Of a stretch of DNA of 64,000 nucleotides, positions 1-12,932 are shown piece by piece. The position numbers and the translations under genes are program-made. Within the stretch, counting starts at the first letter, position 1, and every line of letters starts with the position of its first letter. The notes under the pieces were generated by a model that worked only from the letters and a program-made list of their open reading frames with translations, was not told the DNA's origin and searched no databases. The stretch is from Guillardia theta CCMP2712 (lineage: Eukaryota > Protista > Cryptophyta), in assembly GCF_000315625.1 (NCBI RefSeq), contig NW_005434510.1:1-64000 (forward strand). The letters run 5' to 3'.

Positions 1-39
1 TACCTAGTAGAGCCAATTGGGTCGAAACAACTAGCTGTG

Positions 40-157
40 CCTAAACCCTAAACCCTAAACCCTAAACCCTAAACCCTAAACCCTAAACCCTAAACCCTAA
101 ACCCTAAACCCTAAACCCTTAACCCTAAACCCTAAACCCTAAACCCTAAACCCTAAA
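40..157 (-). repeat. Telomeric array (CCCTAAA)n / (TTTAGGG)n, about 17 units, one CCCTTAA variant
   Basis: Direct read of tandem heptamers; 39 bp of non-telomeric sequence precede the array. Confidence 0.97.
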
Positions 158-3100
158 CCCTGAAATTATCCGTTCCGTCGTTGTAAATTGAAAAATAAGC
201 ATCTGGCACAAATGATAATTCACCAGCAGCTGAAACGCTAAAATCTGATGATACACTTGATATATAATTAGTATTGTTTCCAAAAGTTTGAACCTTTTGA
301 TATCTTATGATTACTATGCCAGACCCTCCAGCTCCTCCCGTTCTATTTGCTGACCTTTCAGCTCCGCCACCTCCTCCACCTGTTCCACTTGCTCCACTTA
401 TTCCATCACCTTGGCTTAAAAACTCAGCGCCACCGTTTCCACCTCCTCCTTGACCTCCTGATATTCTTGTACCATTATTAAAATTACTTCCACCACCACC
501 GCCACCGTACCAACCAGCAGGAGACCCGCCCATTTGAAAGTTTGTAAAGAATAAACCAACCCCACCAACTCCAGATGTCCCACTGCCTCCAGCACCTCCA
601 GCGCCTCCACCACCTCCACCAATTGAACCAGCACCACCACCAGCAGCATAACCAGAACCGCCATTGCTTCCGAAGCCTCCATATGTTGATGTAGGCTGTA
701 GCGCCTGCCCACCTGCTCCGCTGTAACTATCACCACCTCCACCACTCCCTCCATCCTTTCCGGCTAATCTTAAATATCTACCACCTCCGCCGCCTCCAAT
801 AGCTTGATAAACATCAAAATAGCTATCTTGTCCGTTCTCGCCTCTCCTGCTAAGGTTTGTTGAGTCATAGCTATTTGAGTCTGTACCAACCCCACCTGCT
901 CCACCACGACCGACAATAACGCTATATGTTCCTTGTGTTATGCTATAGTTTTCTAATAGTATAATACCACCTGCTCCTCCACCTCCAGCATGCGCAGACC
1001 CACCACCTCCACCACCACCGGCAACAATAAGAATATCGCATGTTGTAGAATATTGAACATCTAGACTATAGGTTGTATTGTCGCCTGAGCCTCCATAAGT
1101 AAATAGTAAGTATCCCGTTGTATCATCTATATCATTATTTGCTACAGTGCTCGTCATTGGGTTGATATATCCAAAAAGTTGATTAAAAGTGCTTTCAAGG
1201 ACATAGCTATTAGCTAGGCTTAATAATCCAGAAGATACATTAAAATCGCTTGACACTGAACTTATAAAATTTGATGGAACAGCTAATATATCAAGCTGAC
1301 CGCTAGCATTGACCGATAAATTATTTGTATTAACTGATTTGATAAATTGATTTGCTGTTAATAAATAAGATGATAAAGAACTTGTTAAACTTGTAGATGT
1401 TACATAGCTTCCTAGTGTGCTAGTAAGACTTGTAGATGTTACATAGCTTCCTAATGTGCTCGTAAGACTTGTAGATGTTACATAGCTTCCTAATGTGCTC
1501 GTAAGACTTGTAGATGTTACATAGCTTCCTAGTGTTGCATTCAAATATGTTAAATTGATATAATTATTGTTAGTTAAATAAGTTTGTGTGTCTGTGTCAG
1601 TGTATCCAGCCGGTATATTATCAATTAAATTATCAACTTCTGATTTTGTATAAACACTTATTCCTTGCACCTTTTGATATCTTATGATGACTATGCCAGA
1701 CCCTCCAGCTCCACCGTTTCCAGTAACTGACCTTTCACCTCCTCCACCTCCTCCTCCTGTTCCATTGGTTCCAGCTATTCCAACGCCTAAACTTGAAAAC
1801 TCAGCGCCACCGTCTCCACCACCTCCTTGACCTCCTGCTTTTCTTGTTGAGCTTTGATAATTACTACCACCTCCACCACCACCGTACCAACCAGCAGGAG
1901 ACCCTGCCATTTGAAAGTTTATAAATTCTTTACCAACTCCACCAACTCCAGAAGTTCCACCACCTCCAGCACCTCCAGCACCTCCACCACCTCCTCCAAC
2001 TCCAGAAGAGCCTGAGCCTCCATTACTTCCGAAGCCTCCATATGTTGATGTTGGTTGTAACGCTTGCCCAACAGCTCCGCTGTAGCTATCCCCACCTCCA
2101 CCACTCCCTCCATCCTTTCCGGCTAATCTTAAATATCTACCACCTCCGCCGCCTCCAATAGCTTGATAAACATCAAAATAGCTATCTTGTCCGTTCTCTC
2201 CTCTCCTTGTCAAATCATTAATATATGTGGTTCCTGATATCTCACCAACACCACCAGCACCACCACGACCGACAATAACGCTATATGTTCCTTGTGTTAA
2301 GTTATGGTTTTCTAATAGAATGATTCCACCTGCTCCACCGCCTCCAGCATGATATGATCCGCCACCTCCACCACCGCCGGCAACAATAAGAATATCGCAT
2401 GTTGTTGAGTATTGAACATCTAAGCTATATGTTGTATTGTCGCCTGAGCCACCATAAGTAAATAGTAAGTATCCCGTTGTATCATCTATGTCATTATTTG
2501 CTACTGTGCTAATCATTGGGTGAATAAATGTGTAAATAGATGTTAAGTCACTAGTAAGAACATAATCATTTGTAAGGGTTAATAATCCGGTATTATCAAC
2601 ATTAAATTCGCTAGAAGTAGATGATATATAATTTGGTGGTATATCAATATTTTGAATTAACGTATATAATATGTTAGAATCATCTTTTAGATAATTAAAT
2701 AAAATATTGCTTTGTTCTAAAGTGTGATTGTATAATATATTTGAATCATCTTTAATGTAAGTATATAATACATTGCTATCATCTTTCAACGATGACAATG
2801 TTATATAATTATTAGCTGTTAAATAATTTGCTGTGTCCATATCTGAATAGCCATCAGGTATTACAATATTGTTTATCTTATCATCGATTTGCGCGTTGGT
2901 GTAAGGCTTAGCGAAATTCTGAACTGTTAATGTTCCTTGTCCTGAATATCCTATGATTATTTCATTTATTTCTGATTGTGATAAGGCCTTATTGTATATT
3001 CTGAGGTCTTGTAAGAATCCTATGAATTCACCTATTTGAATATTTTTATTTATGCTTGTTAGTGTTGTAGTTGTTCCTGTCAATGTCTGAGCCACTCCAT

Positions 3101-4343
3101 CAATATATAGATAAACAATTGTTCCATCATTGATAAAACAATAATGTTTAAATGTGCTAGATGTAACATAACCATTTGATAAAGTTGATATGTTAGCCTC
3201 ATTGTTAAATGTAAATTTTAGATTGTTACCGTCTCTTTTTATATATATATAATTATCATCAGTTGAAAATATAAAGTCATCTGATGGTGTTGCTTTTAAT
3301 CCTGTAATCTTTAGAAAAAAACTTATTGTTATTCCTGTCTGACCTGTTATTATTAATGGTAATTGAGAAGATGTAGTACGCCTTCTATCTGGTGTGTCAT
3401 CTTGTGATTGTAAGCTATAGCCTATCTTATAATATTCAGTATTTGAAAATGTAAAATCTGTATATGTTGTATCTGTTCCCTGTCCAAGTGTTGCCCAGTC
3501 AAAGCCATTATTTAAATATGATGTTAAGAAGCTTGACACAATTGACATCTCGGAATCTGTAAGGTGTTGGTCCCATATGAACAATTGAGTAAATGCCCAG
3601 TCTGAAGCCTCCCCCCATTTGGTGCTATTATTAATACATAAATTACGATTACCTACGCCACCCGTAGCATTGGCCACACCTACACCATCTACTAAAATAT
3701 TATTTGCAAATCCTGTTGCCCTGTTCTCATTTTTACCACAGCATACAAGCCAATTATCAAGCGTTCCTCTGCTAATTGTTGTATCTGTTTTCCAACCTTC
3801 GTAATAACATAAACCTCTTTTGCCTCCATACTGAGCATGTAACCAATTGGCAGTATTTCCTGACGCTTGTAAAATTCTTTGTCGTGTTCCTCCTGTATAT
3901 CTGGTAACTGAACATATTGTAAAATTTGTAGGAATAGAACCAGAAGGCCAGTCCATCTTAGCTGATGTATCACCGTAAATATATGATATATTAGCAGATG
4001 CCCCAGCTCCTGAAGCGGTCGTTTTTGTTACAGTTCCAGCAGTTCTGCTGGCATTTCTCCCATTTCCTGAGCTATCGGGTAAAACACTCGTTGAGGTGTC
4101 ATAATTTTCTGCGTGATATCTCGCCCAACATGGCTTATTTTGTAATAATAACTCCATTTCAGAATATAATACCGTAGGCGGCAATGTGTCAAAATTATAA
4201 TTATTTATGGAGTCATTAAAGTCATTATTGAATTTATACCAAGCTATAAGGTCTGTTGTGTTTCCTGTATATGATATTGTAGGTGTTAATGTGCTTGTGC
4301 CTGCGGCCGAGTACTGAAATTTATATAATTCAGGAGTGATCAA
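153..4343 (-). CDS. C-terminal segment of the viral fibre-like protein: LamG/ConA-like domains plus two duplicated glycine-rich modules
   Basis: LIAWYKFNNDFNDS...HYCF...LYIDG...LQDLRIYNKALSQSEI (LamG-like); two modules running DILIVAGGGGGG...GGSGIVIIRY; 13-aa TLGSYVTSTSLTS repeats. Confidence 0.8.
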   Translation of the reverse strand: MITPELYKFQYSAAGTSTLTPTISYTGNTTDLIAWYKFNNDFNDSINNYNFDTLPPTVLYSEMELLLQNKPCWARYHAENYDTSTSVLPDSSGNGRNASRTAGTVTKTTASGAGASANISYIYGDTSAKMDWPSGSIPTNFTICSVTRYTGGTRQRILQASGNTANWLHAQYGGKRGLCYYEGWKTDTTISRGTLDNWLVCCGKNENRATGFANNILVDGVGVANATGGVGNRNLCINNSTKWGEASDWAFTQLFIWDQHLTDSEMSIVSSFLTSYLNNGFDWATLGQGTDTTYTDFTFSNTEYYKIGYSLQSQDDTPDRRRTTSSQLPLIITGQTGITISFFLKITGLKATPSDDFIFSTDDNYIYIKRDGNNLKFTFNNEANISTLSNGYVTSSTFKHYCFINDGTIVYLYIDGVAQTLTGTTTTLTSINKNIQIGEFIGFLQDLRIYNKALSQSEINEIIIGYSGQGTLTVQNFAKPYTNAQIDDKINNIVIPDGYSDMDTANYLTANNYITLSSLKDDSNVLYTYIKDDSNILYNHTLEQSNILFNYLKDDSNILYTLIQNIDIPPNYISSTSSEFNVDNTGLLTLTNDYVLTSDLTSIYTFIHPMISTVANNDIDDTTGYLLFTYGGSGDNTTYSLDVQYSTTCDILIVAGGGGGGGSYHAGGGGAGGIILLENHNLTQGTYSVIVGRGGAGGVGEISGTTYINDLTRRGENGQDSYFDVYQAIGGGGGGRYLRLAGKDGGSGGGGDSYSGAVGQALQPTSTYGGFGSNGGSGSSGVGGGGGGAGGAGGGGTSGVGGVGKEFINFQMAGSPAGWYGGGGGGSNYQSSTRKAGGQGGGGDGGAEFSSLGVGIAGTNGTGGGGGGGERSVTGNGGAGGSGIVIIRYQKVQGISVYTKSEVDNLIDNIPAGYTDTDTQTYLTNNNYINLTYLNATLGSYVTSTSLTSTLGSYVTSTSLTSTLGSYVTSTSLTSTLGSYVTSTSLTSSLSSYLLTANQFIKSVNTNNLSVNASGQLDILAVPSNFISSVSSDFNVSSGLLSLANSYVLESTFNQLFGYINPMTSTVANNDIDDTTGYLLFTYGGSGDNTTYSLDVQYSTTCDILIVAGGGGGGGSAHAGGGGAGGIILLENYSITQGTYSVIVGRGGAGGVGTDSNSYDSTNLSRRGENGQDSYFDVYQAIGGGGGGRYLRLAGKDGGSGGGGDSYSGAGGQALQPTSTYGGFGSNGGSGYAAGGGAGSIGGGGGGAGGAGGSGTSGVGGVGLFFTNFQMGGSPAGWYGGGGGGSNFNNGTRISGGQGGGGNGGAEFLSQGDGISGASGTGGGGGGAERSANRTGGAGGSGIVIIRYQKVQTFGNNTNYISSVSSDFSVSAAGELSFVPDAYFSIYNDGTDNFRV
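1381..1536 (-). repeat. 39-bp coding tandem repeat x4 (TLGSYVTSTSLTS)
   Basis: Direct repeats of the cttgtagatgttacatagcttcct core. Confidence 0.9.
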
Positions 4344-4355
4344 GACATTATCATA

Positions 4356-7170
<2,815 letters not shown>

Positions 7171-7193
<23 letters not shown>

Positions 7194-8313
7194 GGTTTCC
7201 TACATGTAACAAACCGACGGGTGCATTGTTACCGATGCCCACATTGCCACCTGCATAAAAAATGTTTGTTTCCGATGTAACCCATTGGCTATAATTCAAA
7301 GAATCGATATGATTTTTATCATAATAATTCGGTAACGTGACTTGATCAATAAATAATGTCTTGCCTTTGAAAACATTTTTATGTTCTTTTAATGTTTGTA
7401 GTTCATAATTGCTACCAAATACATATTGATTTAATTCGGCTTCTGTCAATTCTTCGCCTAATGTTAAGATCTGTTCGCCTAAAAGTCGAGTTGTCCATTT
7501 ATTGACATTGCAGCCATTAGGCAATGTCACAATTTGCAAATCATATATAAAATTCAGATTAGATCCAAAGCCTAAATTTTCACCATCTATAAGGTCCCTT
7601 GAATAAACCTTAATGACATCATCTTGAACTTTCAACTGATCATCTATATCTTGAAGATATCGCATCAAAGCAATAACTGCTTCCCTAGTAGCTGCGGCCT
7701 CTATCATGGACGGAATAGCGAGGGCTGAGCCCCCAAGTGCTCCAAAAATCGCACCAGCAACGGCCGAAACAACAGAGCCAGCAAATCCGCCGCCTGCATT
7801 GACAGCATCGGCCCCTGCCTGTGCTGCGTCGGTTGCTGCATCCTCTGCATCCTCGGCTTGGTCAGCTCCTGCTAATTCATCTAATTTATTTTTGATGTAT
7901 TGAATCGATATTAAGGAACCATTTTCCAAAGCGAATTTAATTGTTGATTTTTCAAGATCAAGATCATATTTCAAATAGATCAACATTCTCATTTGATTCA
8001 TAATTACTGTTTCTTCGGTCTGTGAAAGGTCATTAATGCGGCGGAGAATAAAATTGATTTCATTTGAATTGTCTTCGATACCTTCATATAATTGATTAGA
8101 TGTTGATATTAGGTTGTTTGATGTATCAATTGCAAGCGCTTCGATCGTCTCATATCGATTAAATAATAAATTTGTCTCATCATTGAGCACATCGACATTA
8201 GAATAAAGGGCATTGATATCGGCATTAATTTGATTGATTTCAGGTTGTAAAGTCGTTCGATTTGTGCTGCCAATAAATTGATATGGCTGCCGGTCATTGT
8301 TCCGACATGACAT
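7171..8313 (-). CDS. N-terminal segment of the viral fibre-like protein: coiled coil, Gly/Ala hydrophobic stretch, GGNVGIG motif
   Basis: ATG start behind an AT-rich upstream region; ends just after GGNVGIGNNAPVGLLHVG, a motif usually internal to viral fibre proteins. Confidence 0.72.
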
Positions 8314-8531
8314 TTATAATAAAGAAAGATAGATAAAAATAAAAAAAAGAATATAATTTAGTATAATAATGGTAATGATAATGATAAAGAGGTTTTAATA
8401 AAAAGGAGGTAGGCGGAGGGTAGGCGGGGGGGGCGGGGGGTAGGCGGGGAGGTAGGCGGGTGGGTCCCTCCGCCATGTTTTGGCTGTGGTGGAGTGTGAA
8501 AGAATGGTAAACGTAGGGTAAATAGACGTAA

Positions 8532-8652
8532 GGCGGGGGGGACGGGGGGTAAAATCGTGATTTTGAGGATAAATATATTTAGATCATCCGGCATGTGGCA
8601 TATATATATATAGCTATGGAAAAATGGAGTTTTCCCCCCCGTCCCCCCCGCC
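8532..8652. repeat. 23-bp inverted repeat (22/23 match) with a 75-bp AT-rich spacer, flanked by G-run arrays
   Basis: ggcgggggggacggggggtaaaa (8532-8554) versus ttttcccccccgtcccccccgcc (8630-8652). Confidence 0.9.
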
Positions 8653-9460
8653 AAATAAATTAAGCATGTAATAGAGCGGAAAAAATAAAGAAAAGAAAAA
8701 ATTAAGCCGTTATGTGAAATAGGCGGGGGGTAGAGGCGGAGGGGGCGGAGGGTGGCGGCGGGGATAAATTATTTTGTTACTTAGGGGGGTTTGCAAAAAC
8801 AACGTGTTTGATATTTTACCCCCTCACCCCACATAGATTTTTTTATTACTTATATGATCATTGAAGGGTTCATAATTTTCATTGATATTATGTTTGCTCT
8901 GGCACACTCGGCGTGTGTGCGCTCGTTCGTTTTTGGTTATTTTGTGTGATGATCCACACCAATGCGCAGCTATTATTTTAATTGAATAAAATATAATAGG
9001 GATTCGGTAAGCCGAAAATAAAGAGGAATAAATGTATTTTTTGGGTGTTCGTAAAAATCATTAAAATTTTAAATTGATTTATAAAAGTTTGTCTCCTCAC
9101 GTTTCCAATGTATTTACTTGCTAGTACAGATTTTTCTGAAACTTTTCGGATGATTCAAGTTCGAAATTTCCCATTGACATCCGTAAACCTCACCGTCACC
9201 AAGACACCATGATGGTACCAGATTGAATGACATGTCTAAACCTTCAACGTGGTGTAGTAATTCAAACGTATGGGTACTATTAAGCGGGGCACCGTTTTCT
9301 GGCTCGCGAAGTTTCTCAAAATAGCACGCCTATTAAAAAAACTTTCAAAGACTCTACCGAAAAATTTAAGGGCCAAATTAACGATAGGCCTGAAAGTAAA
9401 CGGCCGCGTCATGATGGGAGCGAAGACTCGAGGCAAGGGGATCATCGCGAGAGAAGAAAT

Positions 9461-9502
9461 CCTAAACCCTCTAAACGCTAAACCGGGCCTAACCCCTAAA
9501 CC
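9461..9502. repeat. Degenerate telomere-like repeats
   Basis: cctaaaccctctaaacgctaaaccgggcctaacccctaaacc, same polarity as the array at 40-157. Confidence 0.55.
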
Positions 9503-10733
9503 AGGAGAGTCACTCATGATGGCGAGTTAGTAAAGTTCGGACGGCCGGGTCCTCGAACGATTGACCGAGGCCCGTATTCTGACCTTTTTAAACAAACTTG
9601 GGGTGGAGGTCACCGGGTGGGGTCTTTTACGCCTCATCCCACACGACGTAGGACTACCCCTACCCTTCTTATCCTTCCCAATGTCTTCACCACGCACATT
9701 TATAGCCTACGGGCCTCTAGAACTAAAAGCATAGTTTTTGTTTTTTTTGTACCCCGAGACACCCCCGCTTTAGAGGTGTAATTATAGGGGTGGTGAATAC
9801 CCTACCCTGTCGGCCCCTCTTAGTAAACTGTATCAGGTGCGATCTCGTCTTTTTCTAGCCAATACCCTGTCGTACCCTACCCCCCATTGATAAAGATTGT
9901 CCATGATAAATGTGAGGGTGCTAAACCCTACCCCACCCATGTCTTCACTTGAATCTTCGTTTTTAGTACGCTACTCAGGTCATGGTTTTAATTAGACCAC
10001 CCCTGCATGGTATAATTTACCATGTACCCCACCTTACCATTGTGTTTCCTACCAGAACAACTCTCTGGCACCCATCATCTGACCTATACCCACCCTACCA
10101 TCTTTATAATCTTCTCCTGCCAGTTCCCCACATTTCGCGCAGCACCCCCGAAATGAGACCCACCCTTCGTCATCTCAAGGCATTCATTGATTAGTGGGGG
10201 TGGGGTAGTGACCTCTCTGCCTCCCTGGAGAGGAGAGCTTGCAAAGCACAAGCCGAATAGCAATGAGAACAAGAAAATGTTGAGGAAAGAAGAAATGCGA
10301 GACAGTTAGTAGACATGGACATGTAACAACTAGCTACATTATGCACAGACGGACTGGTCTATGAGCATAAATCAGAAATTTAGTTGGGGTGCGATTCTGA
10401 AAGCTGTATGAGAACGCAGTAAGACAAGCAGAATTGAAACGACAGGACCTAAGCTCTGCAAAACAGATCTTCACAGTCTGATGAAATACTTCAGTACGAA
10501 ATCAATGCTGCATGTGCTAGGATCTTGGCTTAAGGTGTAGAGGAGAGGTAGAACCTAAGTATGAACCGAAGCAGGCGTACGCCTTTCGACTGACCATCCA
10601 ATTCGAGGGAGCTCTTTTCAGCAAGGCCTTCTCTCGCAGTGTCTCCATCTCAGTGTATAGACACAGCGTGAGACCTTGCTGGCAAATATTCCTTTGTTGC
10701 TTTATATTTCTTTGACAATGTTCGTGGTGTAGG

Positions 10734-12440
10734 ATGTGCGGAATCATCGCTTTCTTCGACTTGCTGAAAAAGTACCAAGGCAACCCAGAGAAACTCAAAG
10801 AACGTTTGACGGTGTTGGGGAACTTGATGAGGACGCGAGGCCCTGATAGCCAAGGTTATCATGGAGGCAAATACTTTGGAATGGCACATCAACGCCTTGC
10901 TATCATGGATCCCTTGCACGGAGACCAACCCTTCGTCTATGAGGAGCAGGGTTATGCACTTGTTGCCAATGGCGAAATCTACAATTTTCAAGAACTGATT
11001 TCGAAGCACAATCTTCCACAAATGCAAACTCATAGCGATTGTGAACCTCTGATCGCTCTATATGATAAGCTTGGAAATGACATGGTCAAGGAGCTGAATG
11101 GCATGTTTGGATTCGTGATTTCCAAGAATGGTGGGGAAGAGATCTATGCAGCGAGGGATCATTGTGGTATCAAACCTCTTTACATCGGATACGGCAAGGA
11201 GGGTGAAATTTGGTTCTCATCCGAACTGAAGGGGATTGTCAATGAAGACTGTGAGAAAATTGAGGAATTCCCGGCGGGTCATTATTGGACACGTTCCGAA
11301 GGATTTCGCAGATACTATCAACCTGCATGGGATCATGATGACTTCGAGCCCAAAGGAGATTGCTCAAAAATCAAGAAGGTGCTAGAACAAGCTGTGCGAG
11401 ATCAGTGCATGTCCGATCAACCTTTTGGACTGCTTCTTAGCGGAGGCTTGGACAGTGCATGCATCGCAGTTCTGCTTAAGCCAATCATGCAGGAACTTGG
11501 AGAAGAATTTCACACCTTCTCAGTAGGTATGGAGGGGTCCCCTGACATCACTGCTGCCAGGATGATGTCTAAATTCTTGGGAACCACTCATCATGAGCAC
11601 CTTTTCAATGCAGATGAGGCTTTCGAACATGTTGAAAAGGTTATCTATCACCTCGAGACCTATGAGCCTGAGCTTATCCGATCTGCCATTCCCAATTATT
11701 TCCTGGCTCGCATGACTTCTCAATATGTCAAAATGGTTCTCACTGGAGAAGGTTCTGATGAGCTTTTCGGAGGCTATCTGTACTTCAGGGATGCCCCTGA
11801 TTCGCGAACGTTCCATCGGGAGCTGAGGAGGATATTCCATCATCTTCATAACGTCAACTGCCAGCGAGCAGATCGAATGACAATGGCTCATGCTCTTGAA
11901 GCTCGTGTACCTTTCTTGTGCCCCAATGTCATCGAGGCGATCATGAATATCGATCCCAGCTTCAAAACCATTACTAAGGAAAGGCCGGCTGAGAAGCATG
12001 CACTTCGTGCTGCCTTTGAAGGAACTATGCCTTCTGAGGTGCTCTGGAGGACCAAAGCCATGCAATGCGAAGGGATCGGTATGACTTGGGTTGCAGAACT
12101 GCAGAGCCGGTGTAATCGCCAAATTTCTGATGAAGAATTCGCTCGAAGAGATGAACTCTACCCGATCAACACCCCTGTGACGAAGGAGGAAATGTACTAC
12201 AGAAAGATCTTTGAGAAGTACTACAAGGGCATGGACAAATTTGTGCAAGTTTGGGATGGAGGTTGTCGGGCTGGAGGAGCAGCTTGGAAGACAACAGCCT
12301 ACACGCGAGAGGGTCTGAGAGATGTGAAGCAACTTGCAAAAGGACTTGGCATCGACACCAATCACGTTGACGAGCACAGTGAAAAGCTGGCCAATTTTCA
12401 TGGGAAGGATAGTTTGGGTGACAACACAATTCAAACTTGA
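10734..12440 (+). CDS. asnB: Asparagine synthetase B (glutamine-hydrolysing), uninterrupted ORF
   Basis: MCGI Ntn start, RGPD, HQRLAIMD, NGEIYN, LLSGGLDS, GEGSDELFGGY, LEARVPFL. Confidence 0.96.
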   Translation: MCGIIAFFDLLKKYQGNPEKLKERLTVLGNLMRTRGPDSQGYHGGKYFGMAHQRLAIMDPLHGDQPFVYEEQGYALVANGEIYNFQELISKHNLPQMQTHSDCEPLIALYDKLGNDMVKELNGMFGFVISKNGGEEIYAARDHCGIKPLYIGYGKEGEIWFSSELKGIVNEDCEKIEEFPAGHYWTRSEGFRRYYQPAWDHDDFEPKGDCSKIKKVLEQAVRDQCMSDQPFGLLLSGGLDSACIAVLLKPIMQELGEEFHTFSVGMEGSPDITAARMMSKFLGTTHHEHLFNADEAFEHVEKVIYHLETYEPELIRSAIPNYFLARMTSQYVKMVLTGEGSDELFGGYLYFRDAPDSRTFHRELRRIFHHLHNVNCQRADRMTMAHALEARVPFLCPNVIEAIMNIDPSFKTITKERPAEKHALRAAFEGTMPSEVLWRTKAMQCEGIGMTWVAELQSRCNRQISDEEFARRDELYPINTPVTKEEMYYRKIFEKYYKGMDKFVQVWDGGCRAGGAAWKTTAYTREGLRDVKQLAKGLGIDTNHVDEHSEKLANFHGKDSLGDNTIQT

Positions 12441-12932
12441 AGTTCTTCCCTCATTGAAGCTGTCTCCTATCTGGTGATGAGTGAAACAAAATAAGATTTT
12501 GATTATGATTTTTTTGAATCAGACGTGGAGGTGACTTTCTTTTTCAGTTTGATTCTCTCAGAAGTGTTGCAATAAAGTCTATGATGACATTTCATTCAAT
12601 TAATTTGTGAAACGTCCTCGGAAATCAGATTCTTGGAGAATCAAATTCTAAAACAACACTAATCGTGAACAGTGCAAGAGCATCAAGGCCATGCTATATA
12701 CTTTAAAACAAATGATCACAACCTACCAAAATTTGGATTGCGACAGATTTGTTTGAGAAAATATCAAGGCAACTCGCACAAGGGTTGAATTCGCTCTTTG
12801 CCAGCATAATGCGTATTGAGAAGGTGGACGAGCACAACGAAACAATAAGCTCAAAGTTTGTTGACACGATTGTTGATGTGGTATCCTCATAACAATTGAG
12901 ACGATTGCTGATGTGGTCACCTTGTAATGAAC

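Noticed and set aside
289-2521. Diversity-generating retroelement TR/VR pair
   Set aside because: Both copies are coding parts of one ORF, differences include indels and are not visibly adenine-specific, and no reverse transcriptase is present.
11520-12434. 304-aa antisense ORF
   Set aside because: It is the shadow of the AsnB coding strand.
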